This document shows positions 26,060-37,300 of a DNA stretch of 64,000 bases, in pieces. Under the pieces are notes generated by a model that was not told the DNA's origin, ran no database searches, and saw only the letters and a program-made list of their open reading frames with translations. This DNA is from Octopus sinensis (taxonomy: Eukaryota). The position numbers were made by a program, and so were the translations under genes. The stretch's first letter is position 1; every line of letters starts with the position of its first letter. The stretch spans positions 1-64,000 of the forward strand of contig NW_021832439.1 in assembly GCF_006345805.1 (NCBI RefSeq), read 5' to 3'.

Positions 26060-26612
26060 TTTCAGTTTCAATGTTCATTGGCTTCTCTGCCGGTGGCACA
26101 TAAAAAGCACCATCCAAACGTGGCCGATGCCAGCGCCGCCTCAACTGGCTTCTGTGCCGGTGGCACATAAAAAGCACCATCCGAATCGTGGCCGATGCCA
26201 GCGCCGCCTTGGCTGGCTTCCGTGCCGGTGGCACATAAAAAACACCATCCGAACGTGGCCGATGCCAGCGCCGCCTCGACTGGCTTCTGTGCTGGTGGCA
26301 CATAAAAAGCACCATCCGAACGTGGCCGATGCCAGCATCGCCTAGACTGGCTTCTGTGCCGGTGGCACATAAAAAGCACCATCCGAATGTGGCCAATGCC
26401 AGACCGCCCCTGGCACCTGTGCAGGTGGCACGTAAAAAGCACCCACTACACTCACGGGGTGGTTGGCGTCAGGAAGGGCATCCAGCTGTAGAAACACTGC
26501 CAGATCAGACTGGAGCCTGGTGCAGCCCCTGGCTTCCCAGACCCCGGTCGAACCGCACTAGCGCGGAAAACAGACGTTAAACGATGATGATGATGATGAT
26601 GATGATGATGAT
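26060..26612 (+). mobile_element. Family C retroposon with 67-bp tandem array (6 motif copies)
   Basis: ggtggcac(a/g)taaaaa at 26092, 26159, 26227, 26294, 26361 and 26424. Confidence 0.88.
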
Positions 26613-28038
26613 AATTTGTCATTTATAACATTAGAAGTATCAATATAATACTTATATTTTCAAACACAAATCGTGTCGTATACCCAGCTGGAGAAGATGT
26701 CTCCTGGGACTAAATTACAGTAACATTCGTCCTAAACCAGGACTGCCATTTTAGGATCGCAAACAATCTTTACTCCAAAGTATTGTTGCTGAATATCTCT
26801 CGTTGTGAGATTTAAAAATAGTAATTTTCTGAAAGAAGCGTATTGAACAAGAGGAAAACACTTCCTTTTTTTCGGCAGAGAAAATACCTTTTTCTGACAA
26901 AGTAATTATTTTTACATTCAAAGGGGGCCTGGGAATGAATAGGTGCTGAAACCAAAAATATCAATTAAAAATTTCTTATACTTGTTATTCCCTGTCTTGC
27001 CCTAATAATCCCTATATGTGCAAGTCTGGCTATTTCCATTTGAGGTTAATTGTAAGGGTTCCCTAGTACGGTTTTTGTGGAAGATGCTGACAGCTCTGGG
27101 ATTGGTCGGGAGCCAGAAGGCAGCACTTACTCAAAAGGTTGGGGATGGCAACAGAAGGAACATCTTTTTGGGGTTCTGGAATGAGCCGGAGGAGGAGTTG
27201 AACTGGAAGCTAGGAGAAGGTTAGCAGTGACTGTCCATCACTACTGACCTACCCACCAAGGGATGTTGTAGTTTCGGGTCAAAACACCAGAAAAGAAAAG
27301 GTGGACAATACCTGACAATTCGTCTGGCTGAAAGTTTATAAATATGAGTGAATCTGTTGAGATCTTTAGTATCTAAAAGTTTGTCCAGGGAGTTGAATAA
27401 CTTAGGAAGGAACGTTTGTTCTTTCTTTCCCCTCATTCAGGCTACATTATTATTGAAATTACTCAATAATCTACTGCCATTTGTAGAATTATATTGTTAC
27501 TTCTAATGTTATAAATGACCAGCAAGGCACCCGATTCTGTCCCCCAACCCTATCATATTTCAACCTTCCATTGCCTGACACAAAGCCATTTCTCTCAATA
27601 CTTCAATCGAGAGGGCCTTTGTCTCGTAAATTACTTGGGGTGACCTCACAGGTGCTGGTGCCATGTAAAAAGCACCCAGTACACACTCTGTAAAGTGGTC
27701 GGCGTTAGGAAGAACGACCAACCACAGACAACACCTGGCCAAAGCAGATTTAGGGGTTAGGGACGGTCCTCTGGATTGCCAACTCCTAACAAACCATCGA
27801 ATCTATGCCAGTAGGGAAAACGGAGCACTAAATGATGATGACGATGATGATGATGATGATGATCTCCCTCAAATGACACATTGGCCAAAAAAGACAGGAC
27901 AGTCAAGGCCAAAAGACTTTAAAATCAGGATTCTTAAATTCTTATTGGCTTCAGTTCGTTGTAGTGACTATAAAGGAGAACTATGAGTAGCCTCCCTTGT
28001 ATCACAATCTAAAGACTAGCACAAGATGAATTCCGAAA

Positions 28039-28652
28039 TCTATATATATATAAAGCTGAAGTTGTATGGCAGGTTTGGTAGCCTTCAGCTAACACTATCT
28101 CCTCCGAGACCCTGCAGCGCGAGTTGACCAAAATTGAGAGTATCATAGAAGAAGGCTTGCTCTTCCTTCTGTAGAAGAAAATATTCAAATCGGACCATGT
28201 TAACACCAAAAATTGTTTACATCAAAAAGGTGGGGGTTTTTCTATGAAAATCCCTATTTTTTACTATTTATAAAGCTGAAGTTGTCTGTGTATGGCAGGT
28301 TTGGAAGTCTTCAACTAACACTATCTTCTCCGAGACCCTGCGGAGCAAGTTGACCAAAATTGAGAGTATGATAGAAGAAGGCTTGCTCTTCATTCCGTAG
28401 AAGGAAATATTCAAATCGGACCATGTTAACACCAAAAATTATTTACCTCAATAAGGTGCTTTTTTTCTATGAAAATCCCGTTTTTTTTTTCGATTTTTTG
28501 ACAGCTGTGTCGCCATTTTACGGTGTATTTCAACCAGAAAAATGTTCACTTAAAGAGAATAACAAGCTACATAATGCAAAATTTTTACTTTTCAAAAATT
28601 CCAATTCTAAAGGGTCGAAACACACCCGAGCAACGCCGGGCGATCCTGCTAG
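28039..28652 (+). mobile_element. Non-autonomous Helitron with duplicated 5' segment
   Basis: A|TCtatatatataaagctgaag start, a restart of the head at ~28270, hairpin 28625-28640 and CTAG|T at 28649-28653. Confidence 0.85.
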
Positions 28653-29114
28653 TATAATTATATTGAGAGAGAGTTATTATTGTAGCAATTATGTGTTCCA
28701 TAGATATTTCCATAACAGCAATGCCAAATGAATAAGGCATTAGAAATGGCCCTACACACACACACAAACAGCATGGCTGTGTGGTTGAGAAGTGAACTTC
28801 CCAAGCAAATGGTTCCAGGTTCAGTCCCAGTGCATGACACTTTGACCAAGTGTTTTTTTGTTTTTTTTTTTTCCTTAAGCTGACCAAAAGCTTTACGAGT
28901 GAATTTGAGAGATGGAAACTGAAAGAAGCCTCTGACGAGTGCGGGTGTGCAGGTTTCAAAGTTTGCTTTTATGTTGAGTAACATAGAAACAACTATTTAA
29001 CATAAAACAGGATTGCTCAATACTTTTACTAGAATGCAAGTTTGATAACATTTACAAAGGTTGACTGTAACTTTGAAGTCACTATTCAACCTTTTTTTTT
29101 TTATGAAAGTTTAT

Positions 29115-29492
29115 AGTGGCTGTGTGGTAAGTAGCTTGCTTACGAACCACATGGTTCCGGGTTCACTCCCACTGCGTGGCACCATGGACAAGTGTCTTCT
29201 ACTATAGCCTCGGGCCAACCAAAGCCTTGTGAGTGGATTTGGTAGACGGAAACTGAAAGAAGCCCATCGTGTATATATATATACATATATGTGTGTGTGT
29301 ATGTGTTTGTCCCCCCAACATTGCTTGACAACCGATGCTGGTGTGTTTACGTCCCCGTAACTTAGCGGTTCGGCAAAAGAGACCAATAGAATAAGTACTA
29401 GGCTTACAAAGAATAAGTCCTGGGGTCGATTTGCTCAACTACACGCAGTGCTCCAGCATGGCCACAGTCAAATGACTGAAACAAGTAAAAGA
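29115..29492 (+). mobile_element. SINE family A
   Basis: Near full-length copy. Confidence 0.9.
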
Positions 29493-29963
29493 TAGTACAC
29501 ACACACACACTAATTCTCATCATTTGACGTCCACTTTCTTTTTTGGTCTTGCAGATAACTTGGTGACCCTGTCAGTGCAGGTGCCACTTAAAAGCACCAG
29601 TCTACACTGTAAAATGGTTGGCATTTGGAAGGGCATTCAGCTGTAAAAACCTTGCCAAAACTGACCTCGCGGGTGCTTGTGCCCACACAGACAACACTTG
29701 ACCAGCTAGAAACAGCAGCCAAATTACCCTAATATCACAGCTCCTTGTCTTAAAAGAAAGATGGCCACATTGAATAGTATCTGCAAGTCTTAGATACCAC
29801 AGTCAGAAGCAAAAAAAAAAAAAAACCGATGAGACGGTCATGGATGGAATGTCGTTGACCAATAGCCCTGTTCAGTATGGGCTCACCTTGATCTAAACGA
29901 CAAGACCACTGGAATATTAAAAACATAAATACGTAAAGAGAACAAAGATGAGATACGAAAAAT

Positions 29964-30354
29964 AGGTGCAGGAGTGGCTGTGTGGTAAGTAGCTTACTTA
30001 CCAACCACGGGGTTCCGGGTTCAGTCCCACTGTGTGGCACTTTGGGTAAGTGTCTTCTATTATGGCCTTGGGCTGACCAAAGCTTCGTGAGTGGATTTGG
30101 TAGATGGAAACTGAAAGAAGCCCGTATGTGTGTGTGTGTGTGTGTTTGTGCCCCTACCATTGCTTGACAACCAATGCTGGTATGTTTACATCCCCCTAAT
30201 TTAGCAGTTCAGTGAAAGGGGCCGATAGAATAAGTACCAGGCTTACAAAGTATAAGTCCTGGGGGGTCGATGTGTTCGATCAACTAAAGGCGGTGCGCTT
30301 TAGCATGGCCGCGGTCAAATGGCTGAAATAAACAATAAACGAATATAAAAAGAG
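29964..30354 (+). mobile_element. SINE family A abutting the splice donor
   Basis: The tail ends 11 nt inside the intron. Confidence 0.85.
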
Positions 30355-30365
30355 ATATAATTTAC

Positions 30366-33300
30366 CTGTCGTGTGTGTTCGAAGGTGCCTCTGAAGAAAC
30401 TGCTTCGACGCTGCTGATTGTCCGCACAGCCGGCACTTATACGGCCGGAGAGCGTGGTGGACCAACGTGTGGGCAGTGAATGCACATCGGCTCGAGAACT
30501 GAAGCTGACAGCTGAAGCAGGTAAAATGCAGTCCTCGTTTTCTGTTCGTGATGCGACCACCACCGCCACCACCACCGACACCATCACTGGTCCTACAAGT
30601 CCGACGGTCAAGCAACATGCTGGACGACTTCCACTTCTTGCTTTGTTTTCCTAGCAAGGAAGCCCCGCAGTTTTTGCACATGTTGTTGCTGCCCCTCTTA
30701 CGATTCTTATTGTTATTATTATATTTTTTCGAGACATATTTGGTGCGGTTCCGCTGCCAACAGGAATAGCAGTATGTATTCCACAGAATCCGATTGCCTT
30801 TCTGTTGCTTGCCGGCTGCCTTACTGAGACTTTCCAGCGGCCGAGCTGGAGATCCGGCAGGTGACACCAACAAGGTATTCTTAGAACACGTTTGCACAAG
30901 AACTCTTGAAACGCCAGAAGTATTTGGACGAGGTGCCGGCAAAAAACTCTTATTTTCAACCTTAATATTTGCAACTATTGGTTGATGCTTATGAGCTGAA
31001 AGTGGTTTATCTTCCACCCTAACATTAATCACTGTCACAAGTGGTTTATGACCAGTCTTAGGATTACTATTAGGAACTGCTTGTGGTTGCTTAGGGATTA
31101 GAAGTGACTTAGGATTAGGTTTAGAATTAACATTAGCAACTGTTGACAGTTGTTTAGATGAATGTGATTTATGCTCAGTCTTAGTATTGGTATTAACATC
31201 TGTTGACTGTTGTTTAGGAACTAGGGGTGACTTATGATCAGTCTTAGTACTGGTATTAACTGTTGACAGTTGTTTAGATGCTGGGAGTGATTTATGATCA
31301 GTCTTAGTGCTGGTATTAACCGCTGACAGTTGTTTAGATGTTGGAAGTGATTTATGATCAGTCTTAATATTGATATTAACTGTTGACTGCTGATTTGATG
31401 CAGGAAGCGATTTATGATCAGTCTTAGTACTGCTATTAACTGTTGACACTTGTTTGGATGCTGGAAGTGATTTATGATCAGTCTTATTACTGGTATTAAC
31501 CACTGACAGTTGTTTAGATGTTGGAACTGATTTATGATCAGTCTTAATATTGGTATTAACCGTTGACTTCTGATTTGATGTTGGAACTGATTTATGATCA
31601 GTCTTAGTACTGGTATTAACTGTTGACACTTGTTTGGATGCTGGAAGCGATTTATGATCAGTCTTAGTACTGGTATTAACTGTTGACACTTGTTTGGATG
31701 CTGGAAGCGATTTATGATCAGTCTTAGTACTGGTATTAACCACTGACAGTTGTTTAGATGTTGAACTGATTTATGATCAGTCTTAATATTGGTATTAACC
31801 GTTGACTTCTGATTTGATGTTGGAACTGATTTATGATCAGTCTTAGTACTGGTATTAACTGTTGACACTTGTTTGGATGCTGGAAGCGATTTATGATCAG
31901 TCTTAGTACTGGTATTAACTGTTGACACTTGTTTGGATGCTGGAAGCGATTTATGATCAGTCTTAGTACTGGTATTAACCACTGACAGTTGTTTAGATGT
32001 TGGAAGTGATTTACGATCAGTCTTAGTACTGGTATTAACTGTTGACTGCTGATTTGATGCTGGAAGTGATTTACGATCAGTCTTAATATTGATATAAACT
32101 GTCGACTGCTGATTTGATGCTGGAAGTGACTTATGATCAGTCTTAATATTGGTATTAACTATTGATAGTTGTTTAGGAAGTGGGGATGACTTATGATCAG
32201 TCTTGGTACTGGTATTAACCGCTGACTGGTGTTTAGATGCTGAAAGTGATTTATGATGAGTCTTAGTACTACTATGAGCAACCTTAAGCTGTTTAGGTGG
32301 TGAATGTTGTTTATCTTCAATCTTAACACGGACTGTTTGTAGTTGTCTGGGAATTAGAAGTGGTTTCTCTTTAATATCAACAGTACTAGTTGTACTACTA
32401 ACCACTGGCAATCGCTTATGAGGCAATGGATCGGGTGCCACCGATTTAGCATCATTCGAAGTCCTTGACACTTTGTTACTAGCACAATTCCCCAAGCCTT
32501 TAGCATCGAGAGCAGCACTTTTCCCACTGGGGTTATCTGAACAAGGTTTAGACACAGCTTTAACTCCAGGTTTGCTACAGCCATCATTCATGGCACCAGC
32601 TTTCTGAGAGTTAGTAGCCGTGAAACTTGAAGTTTGAGTACTGCATGTTGAGTAAATTGGCGCATTCGGGACACCAGAAGTGCTATGAACAAACGTTTTA
32701 TTACTTGAAGTAGTTGCAGAAGCCACTGGTGTGCTGACCGTGGCGTTGGTGCTGCGTTTAAGAGGAAATGGTGGGGAACAAACGCTGGTTGAATTACCAA
32801 CGGCTGTTGGCCCTACCGAATTCTTGCTTTTGTCCTTGTCTGATGTAACATAAGAAAGAGACCTTGCCTTTTCCAGAGTTAAAGGAACAGATGTGGGTGT
32901 ATCATTAGTATGAAGAACAGGTTTATGTTGCTGAGGTTTTGATTTGGTTGGCTCGCTAGCAGTAACCAGCGACTTACCGTTTTTCACAGACTCTGGAGAA
33001 TTAGGTTCCACCTTAATGTCAGTAACAGTTTTCAAAGTCTTTTTGTTTGTTTCCATATTCACAGGAACATTCAAGTTTTGAGGAGGGGCAGAATCTGAAG
33101 AATTAGGTTCTGTTTTAATGACAGTTTTTAAAGCCTTTTTATTTGCTTCCATGTTCAAAGGAAGGGAGGAAGGTTCTGAAGAATTTGGTTCCTTCTTAAT
33201 GTCAGCAATGGGTTTCAAAGTCTTTTTGCTTGTTTCTATGTTTGTGGAAACATTAGGGTTTTGAAGAGGGGCACAGTCAAAAGAATTTGGTTCTGTTTTG

Positions 33301-35996
33301 ATGACAGTAACGGTTTTTAAATTCTTTGTGTTTGGCTCCAAAGAAACAGGGGGGTTATTAAGCAATGACTTGGGTGAACATTGCACTTTCTTCAAAGACA
33401 CAACTGTTGAGGAATTATTTGAGATGCTGCTTTGAGAAGGAAGCTGTTTAACATTCTGTTTTGAAGGCAAGCTCTTGAGAGATTCTTTAGTATCCACAAC
33501 TGAATGCTCGTTTTTAGTTTTGGAATTAGCACTTGCATCAGGACATTTAGTTAAGATACAAGATGAAGACAAACCTTTCTCAGATTTTATATTAAAAGAA
33601 ACGGTTTCATTGCAGTTCTTAGTTGCATTCAAAGTTAATTCACTTTTGTCAGTTTTAACTTTAGGTGTGAAATTTTCAAGAGATTCTGCTGACCGTGAAA
33701 GTACATTTTTCTCTTTGGTAATATTGTCGGCTGAATTCTTGCCATAAATTTTAACACCTGTGTTGTAGGAATGATCGCTCTTGGATTTAACGACAGGTGA
33801 GTGATAGTTATCGTTTTCCTCCTCGGATTTCTCAGACTTCACTTCCACCATCAAATCGGACCCACCTGTGTTGGTGTTTGAATCGACAGCTTTCTTCTGT
33901 GTCGAACTTGCACCAGAAGGACCAGCGGTCAGTTGGTGGGTCCCGACCACCTCCTTTTTACTCACTTTGCCTGATGAGCAAGAACAAATCAAGGAAAACT
34001 GCTTTTTCAGCCCTGCAGGACTGTTTTCGTTTGATTTTGCACCTGAAGAAACCTTCATTACACCATTACCTTCTTCCTCGCTGGTATCTGGCATCTCTTT
34101 CTTCACTTTCACTTTCTCGAAGCTGTTAGTTTTCAAAGACATTTGCACGTTACCTTTACCAATTCCAGGATTATTAACAGCTAATTGCTCAGGCTTCCCT
34201 CCTAAATGCAGTTTGGCAACAGCCTCGTTCGTTTTGGACGATTTACTGCGCTGCGGTTCTACAAGAGCAGGGACATCCTGGTCCTTCTTCCCGCCAGCAT
34301 CTGATGCCAAAGTTTCAACACGAGCACTAACATGTGTAGCAGATTCTTTAAATTTTGGAAAATTCTTCGTGTCATTGGATTGCAACTGTGGCTGTGGATT
34401 GTGGAACAAAGTGGAAGAACCATCAGTGGCTTCGGCATTTTCTTTCGTCACATTCTTCAATGATTCTGGAGTCAATAAGCTACGAGCAGGAATACCATTT
34501 TCTTTGTAGTCATGGAGAGACTGTACAAGAACATTATTTAAATTAACAACAGTATTATTAGCTTCGCTTTTGGCAGTTATCTGCGGATGGCCCACCTTTG
34601 AACAACCCCCTTTGCCATTCTTCACATCGTGGTATTCAGTTACGGAACAGGTGCTTTTGTTGCTATCATAGATATTAGTGCCGGTGTCATTCTTTGATAC
34701 CAGGTAGACGGTAACAAAAGGTTTCCTACTCGTCTTATTGTTCAGTATTACCATTCTGTTTCGCTGGAGGTCTAGAGTTCCAGAGGATATATCGATTTTT
34801 TGACTGGCGTTCCCTAATAATTTCTCAGGCGGACCCTTTGTAAGGTTTATCACTGACTTTTTTTGGACAAAGGTGTTTTTGCTGTTGGACAAAAGACTCG
34901 AAGACAATTTCATTTCATTCTTTTCTGTTGCCATAGATTTTGCAATTACACTGACAGCATCCAAATGTGAAGATGATGAGGATGATGATGATGAAGAAGA
35001 CGAAGAAGAGAGTGTTTTTAAATCAAGGACGTTAAAATTCTTATCCCTGTTGCCGTAGAGATTGTCCTGGGACAACAGAGACGATGACAGTGTGGCTGTG
35101 ACAGTTGCATCAGGTTTAGGGTTGACATTGCCTCGAGGTGAATAAGTCTTTCCATATTTCCTATGACTTTTCCCGGGTAGAGGGGTCAGATTGCCGTGAG
35201 CGGAGTAGGTCTTCCCATAACGATGGATGTACGTTTGGTTCGGAAATGGCGACGTGCAAACTTTGACCTCATCCAAGCTATCTTCTTTCTGCGGTGACAA
35301 ACTCAGTGGAGAAGTTGTTTCGTCTTGGGATAATTTGGAACTACTTAATGAAGCACTGGTTACCGATGCTGCCTTGGAGACCCTAGATGTTAGAGCAGGG
35401 CTCCGATCAAGACCTTGTTCGCTTGAAGTAACAGTTTTTTTAAACTTGGAGCCGAGTCTGTTTTCAGAAGACAAAGTCAAATTATTGGGAACGGAGCCAT
35501 TATCGACTTTGTCTGAGGAATGTGTTGAGACTATGAGCTGAGGATTAGTGTTAGCTGTACAAATCCTCTCTGTGGACCTAGATCCATCACTGGATTTAGG
35601 TTGAATAGATGGAGTTGAGCCATCGCTTGAGATAAGTGTTGGGCCCCTAGGTTTGGCATTAATGTCTTTTACACTGTCTATCTTACTAGAATTGTTTAAT
35701 TCTTCAGATTTGAAATTAATATCCGAAGTGTCATCTTTTTCATCGGTGAAAAGCGTCACATCGTTTTCACCAGACCACGTCATGTCGTTATCTGAGGAAA
35801 TGTTTGATTGACTAGACGCAGCATAATTACGGGGCCACACGCAGTCCTTTTCTGATAAAAAGTTCATGTTATATTTAGGTTTTGTGTCTGATGTGGTAGC
35901 TTTAATAAGGGTCAAGACGCTGCCAAATCCAGTTTCAGTGTTTGCCAAATTGCTGCTGCTGCTGCTGCTGGTGGTAGTGTCAGATGAACAAGCCAT
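30366..35996 (-). CDS. Giant coding exon (N-terminal part) of a C2H2 zinc-finger protein, with a 1-nt frameshift at ~31763
   Basis: ORF 31221-35996 (ATG in accATGG context, in-frame TGA 13 codons upstream) and ORF 30280-31743 are one frame if the G missing at 31763 is restored (compare ttggaactg at 31521 with ttgaactg at 31761). The exon ends with fingers FTCFSCQLQFSSRCAFTAHTLVH and YKCRLCGQSAASKQFLQRHLRTH, then the donor G|GTAAAT at 30365 (phase 1). Confidence 0.85.
31180..32300 (-). repeat. Coding minisatellite, 60-bp/20-aa unit, about 19 copies
   Basis: Repeats of TKTDHKSLPASKQ(V/L)STVNTS; 19 KT(D/H/E)(H/R)KS motifs counted. It includes a 4-unit (240-bp) higher-order duplication. Confidence 0.95.
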
Positions 35997-36747
35997 GGTA
36001 ACGGTTCTGAGATTAACATGAAGACAGAGCCATCAAGTGGTAGAACCGTTTACAGGAGGATATCCACTGAATCTTCAGCAAGTTTGGAAAAGGGCAGAGA
36101 TTGTTAAACATCTATTTTAGTTAAATTTATCCAATATTAAAATCCAATAAGAATTATTTTGGAATCGTTAAAAAGGAAGAACAAATCTTGTTTTGTTTTG
36201 GTATTTTTTTACAGTTGAGGGCAAATTTCTTTTTCTTTGCATTTTCTGATAGCTTCCTTTGTAATTTGCACTTAAAAGACAGAAATTGTGAATTCTTTAA
36301 AATGACATGACCAGAAGGTTAGGTTTAATTTGTGTCAGGTGATGGTACACTGTTCTGAATTTACAAGGGGTCACAGAAATGGTATTGCATGCTAACTGGA
36401 GGTAATATAAAAACCATCCTATGGTGCAGAACAAGGAAAGGTGGTTACTACGACAACAACAACCATCCGGCCGAGTTCTTCAACTACTGCTACTAACCGT
36501 AAATAAATGATTGTCAGAGACTAACGATCCAATCAGACGTTCAGTTGGCATCTCCAAAAGAAGCTACTTTCCATTTCAACGGTTCTTTCAACAATGCCGG
36601 AAGCACATCAATTAACATTTGTCTACTTTCTGACATTAAAAACATCAACTCAACTTCATAATTCCAAGAACGTAACACGGAAAGAACACAAAGGGTAATT
36701 ATTTTAAGTCCAAGAGAGTCATTTTCTTCCTAGATGTATTGTAATAC

Positions 36748-36840
36748 TTATGGCGATTCTTGGCGCCCATAGTAGTTCAGAACTCCTCCTGTTTTGTATC
36801 TCTAAACCAAAGTTCCTCGGCATTCACATTGGAGGTGAAA
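36748..36840 (-). other. Candidate small upstream exon
   Basis: Strong acceptor (ttttcattttcatttacttgcag) at 36841. ATG at 36770 (actATGG) gives MGAKNRHK, then a weak donor AA|GTATTA in phase 2, which fits the acceptor ctcag|A at 36007 in frame with the big ORF. Confidence 0.3.
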
Positions 36841-36927
36841 CTGCAAGTAAATGAAAATGAAAATATGAATAAATATATGCTTGCTTAACAATTTTATTCT
36901 TCAAAATTATGATAAATACAAAATACG

Positions 36928-37189
36928 GTTCTATATTTAAGAGATGAGGAATTATGTACATTATTTACATCATTTACATTTGACGGATATTTGTCCTCAT
37001 CTTGTTTGTTGTTAACACAATGTTTCGGCTGATATACTCTCCAGCCTTCATCAGGTGTCTTGGGGAAATTTCGAACCTGGGTTCTCATTCCTAAGGTATG
37101 TTATTATTATTATTATTCAGTTCACTGCCTGGAATCGAACTCGGAACTTTGGGTTTCATAGCCCGCGCTCTTAACCACTATGCTATATG
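36928..37189 (-). mobile_element. tRNA-headed, hammerhead-bearing element (left arm)
   Basis: The minus strand reads gcatatagcatagtggttaagagcgcgggct...gttcgattccaggcagtga-(aat)n-body. It is a mirror of the right arm. Confidence 0.7.
37014..37059 (-). ncRNA. Second hammerhead motif (stem III palindrome mutated to AACATT)
   Basis: The reverse complement reads GACAC CTGATGA A GGCTG...CAGCC GAAA CA TT GTGTT. Confidence 0.6.
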
Positions 37190-37257
37190 CATATGGCATA
37201 TTGGTTAAGGGCCCAGGCTACTAACCCCAAAATTCCAAGTTCGATTCCAGGCAGTGA

Positions 37258-37300
<43 letters not shown>

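Larger units (their letters stand above)
18606..30365 (-). other. GT-AG intron (11,760 bp, phase 1) of the zinc-finger gene
   Basis: Donor and acceptor phases match. Splicing gives RHLRTHTTG|RRQFQC, a TGEKP-like linker between fingers 2 and 3. Confidence 0.88.

Noticed and set aside
26092-26440. CRISPR-like regularly spaced repeats
   Set aside because: The 'spacers' are near-identical to each other, the array is inside a retroposon, the DNA is eukaryotic and there are no cas genes.
27018-27436. GC-richer stretch with short ORFs inside the intron
   Set aside because: No in-phase acceptor/donor pair or domain was recognised, and the flanking exons already join in frame.
31221-31760. RLIINRFQH-type repeat at the end of the 1591-aa ORF
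   Set aside because: It is the alternative-frame reading of the 60-bp repeat after the 1-nt deletion, not a real domain unless the frameshift is genuine.
33868-34509. 213-aa + strand ORF (also 16982-17578, 14117-14530, 17849-18373 and others)
   Set aside because: Antisense shadows of the giant minus-strand exons.
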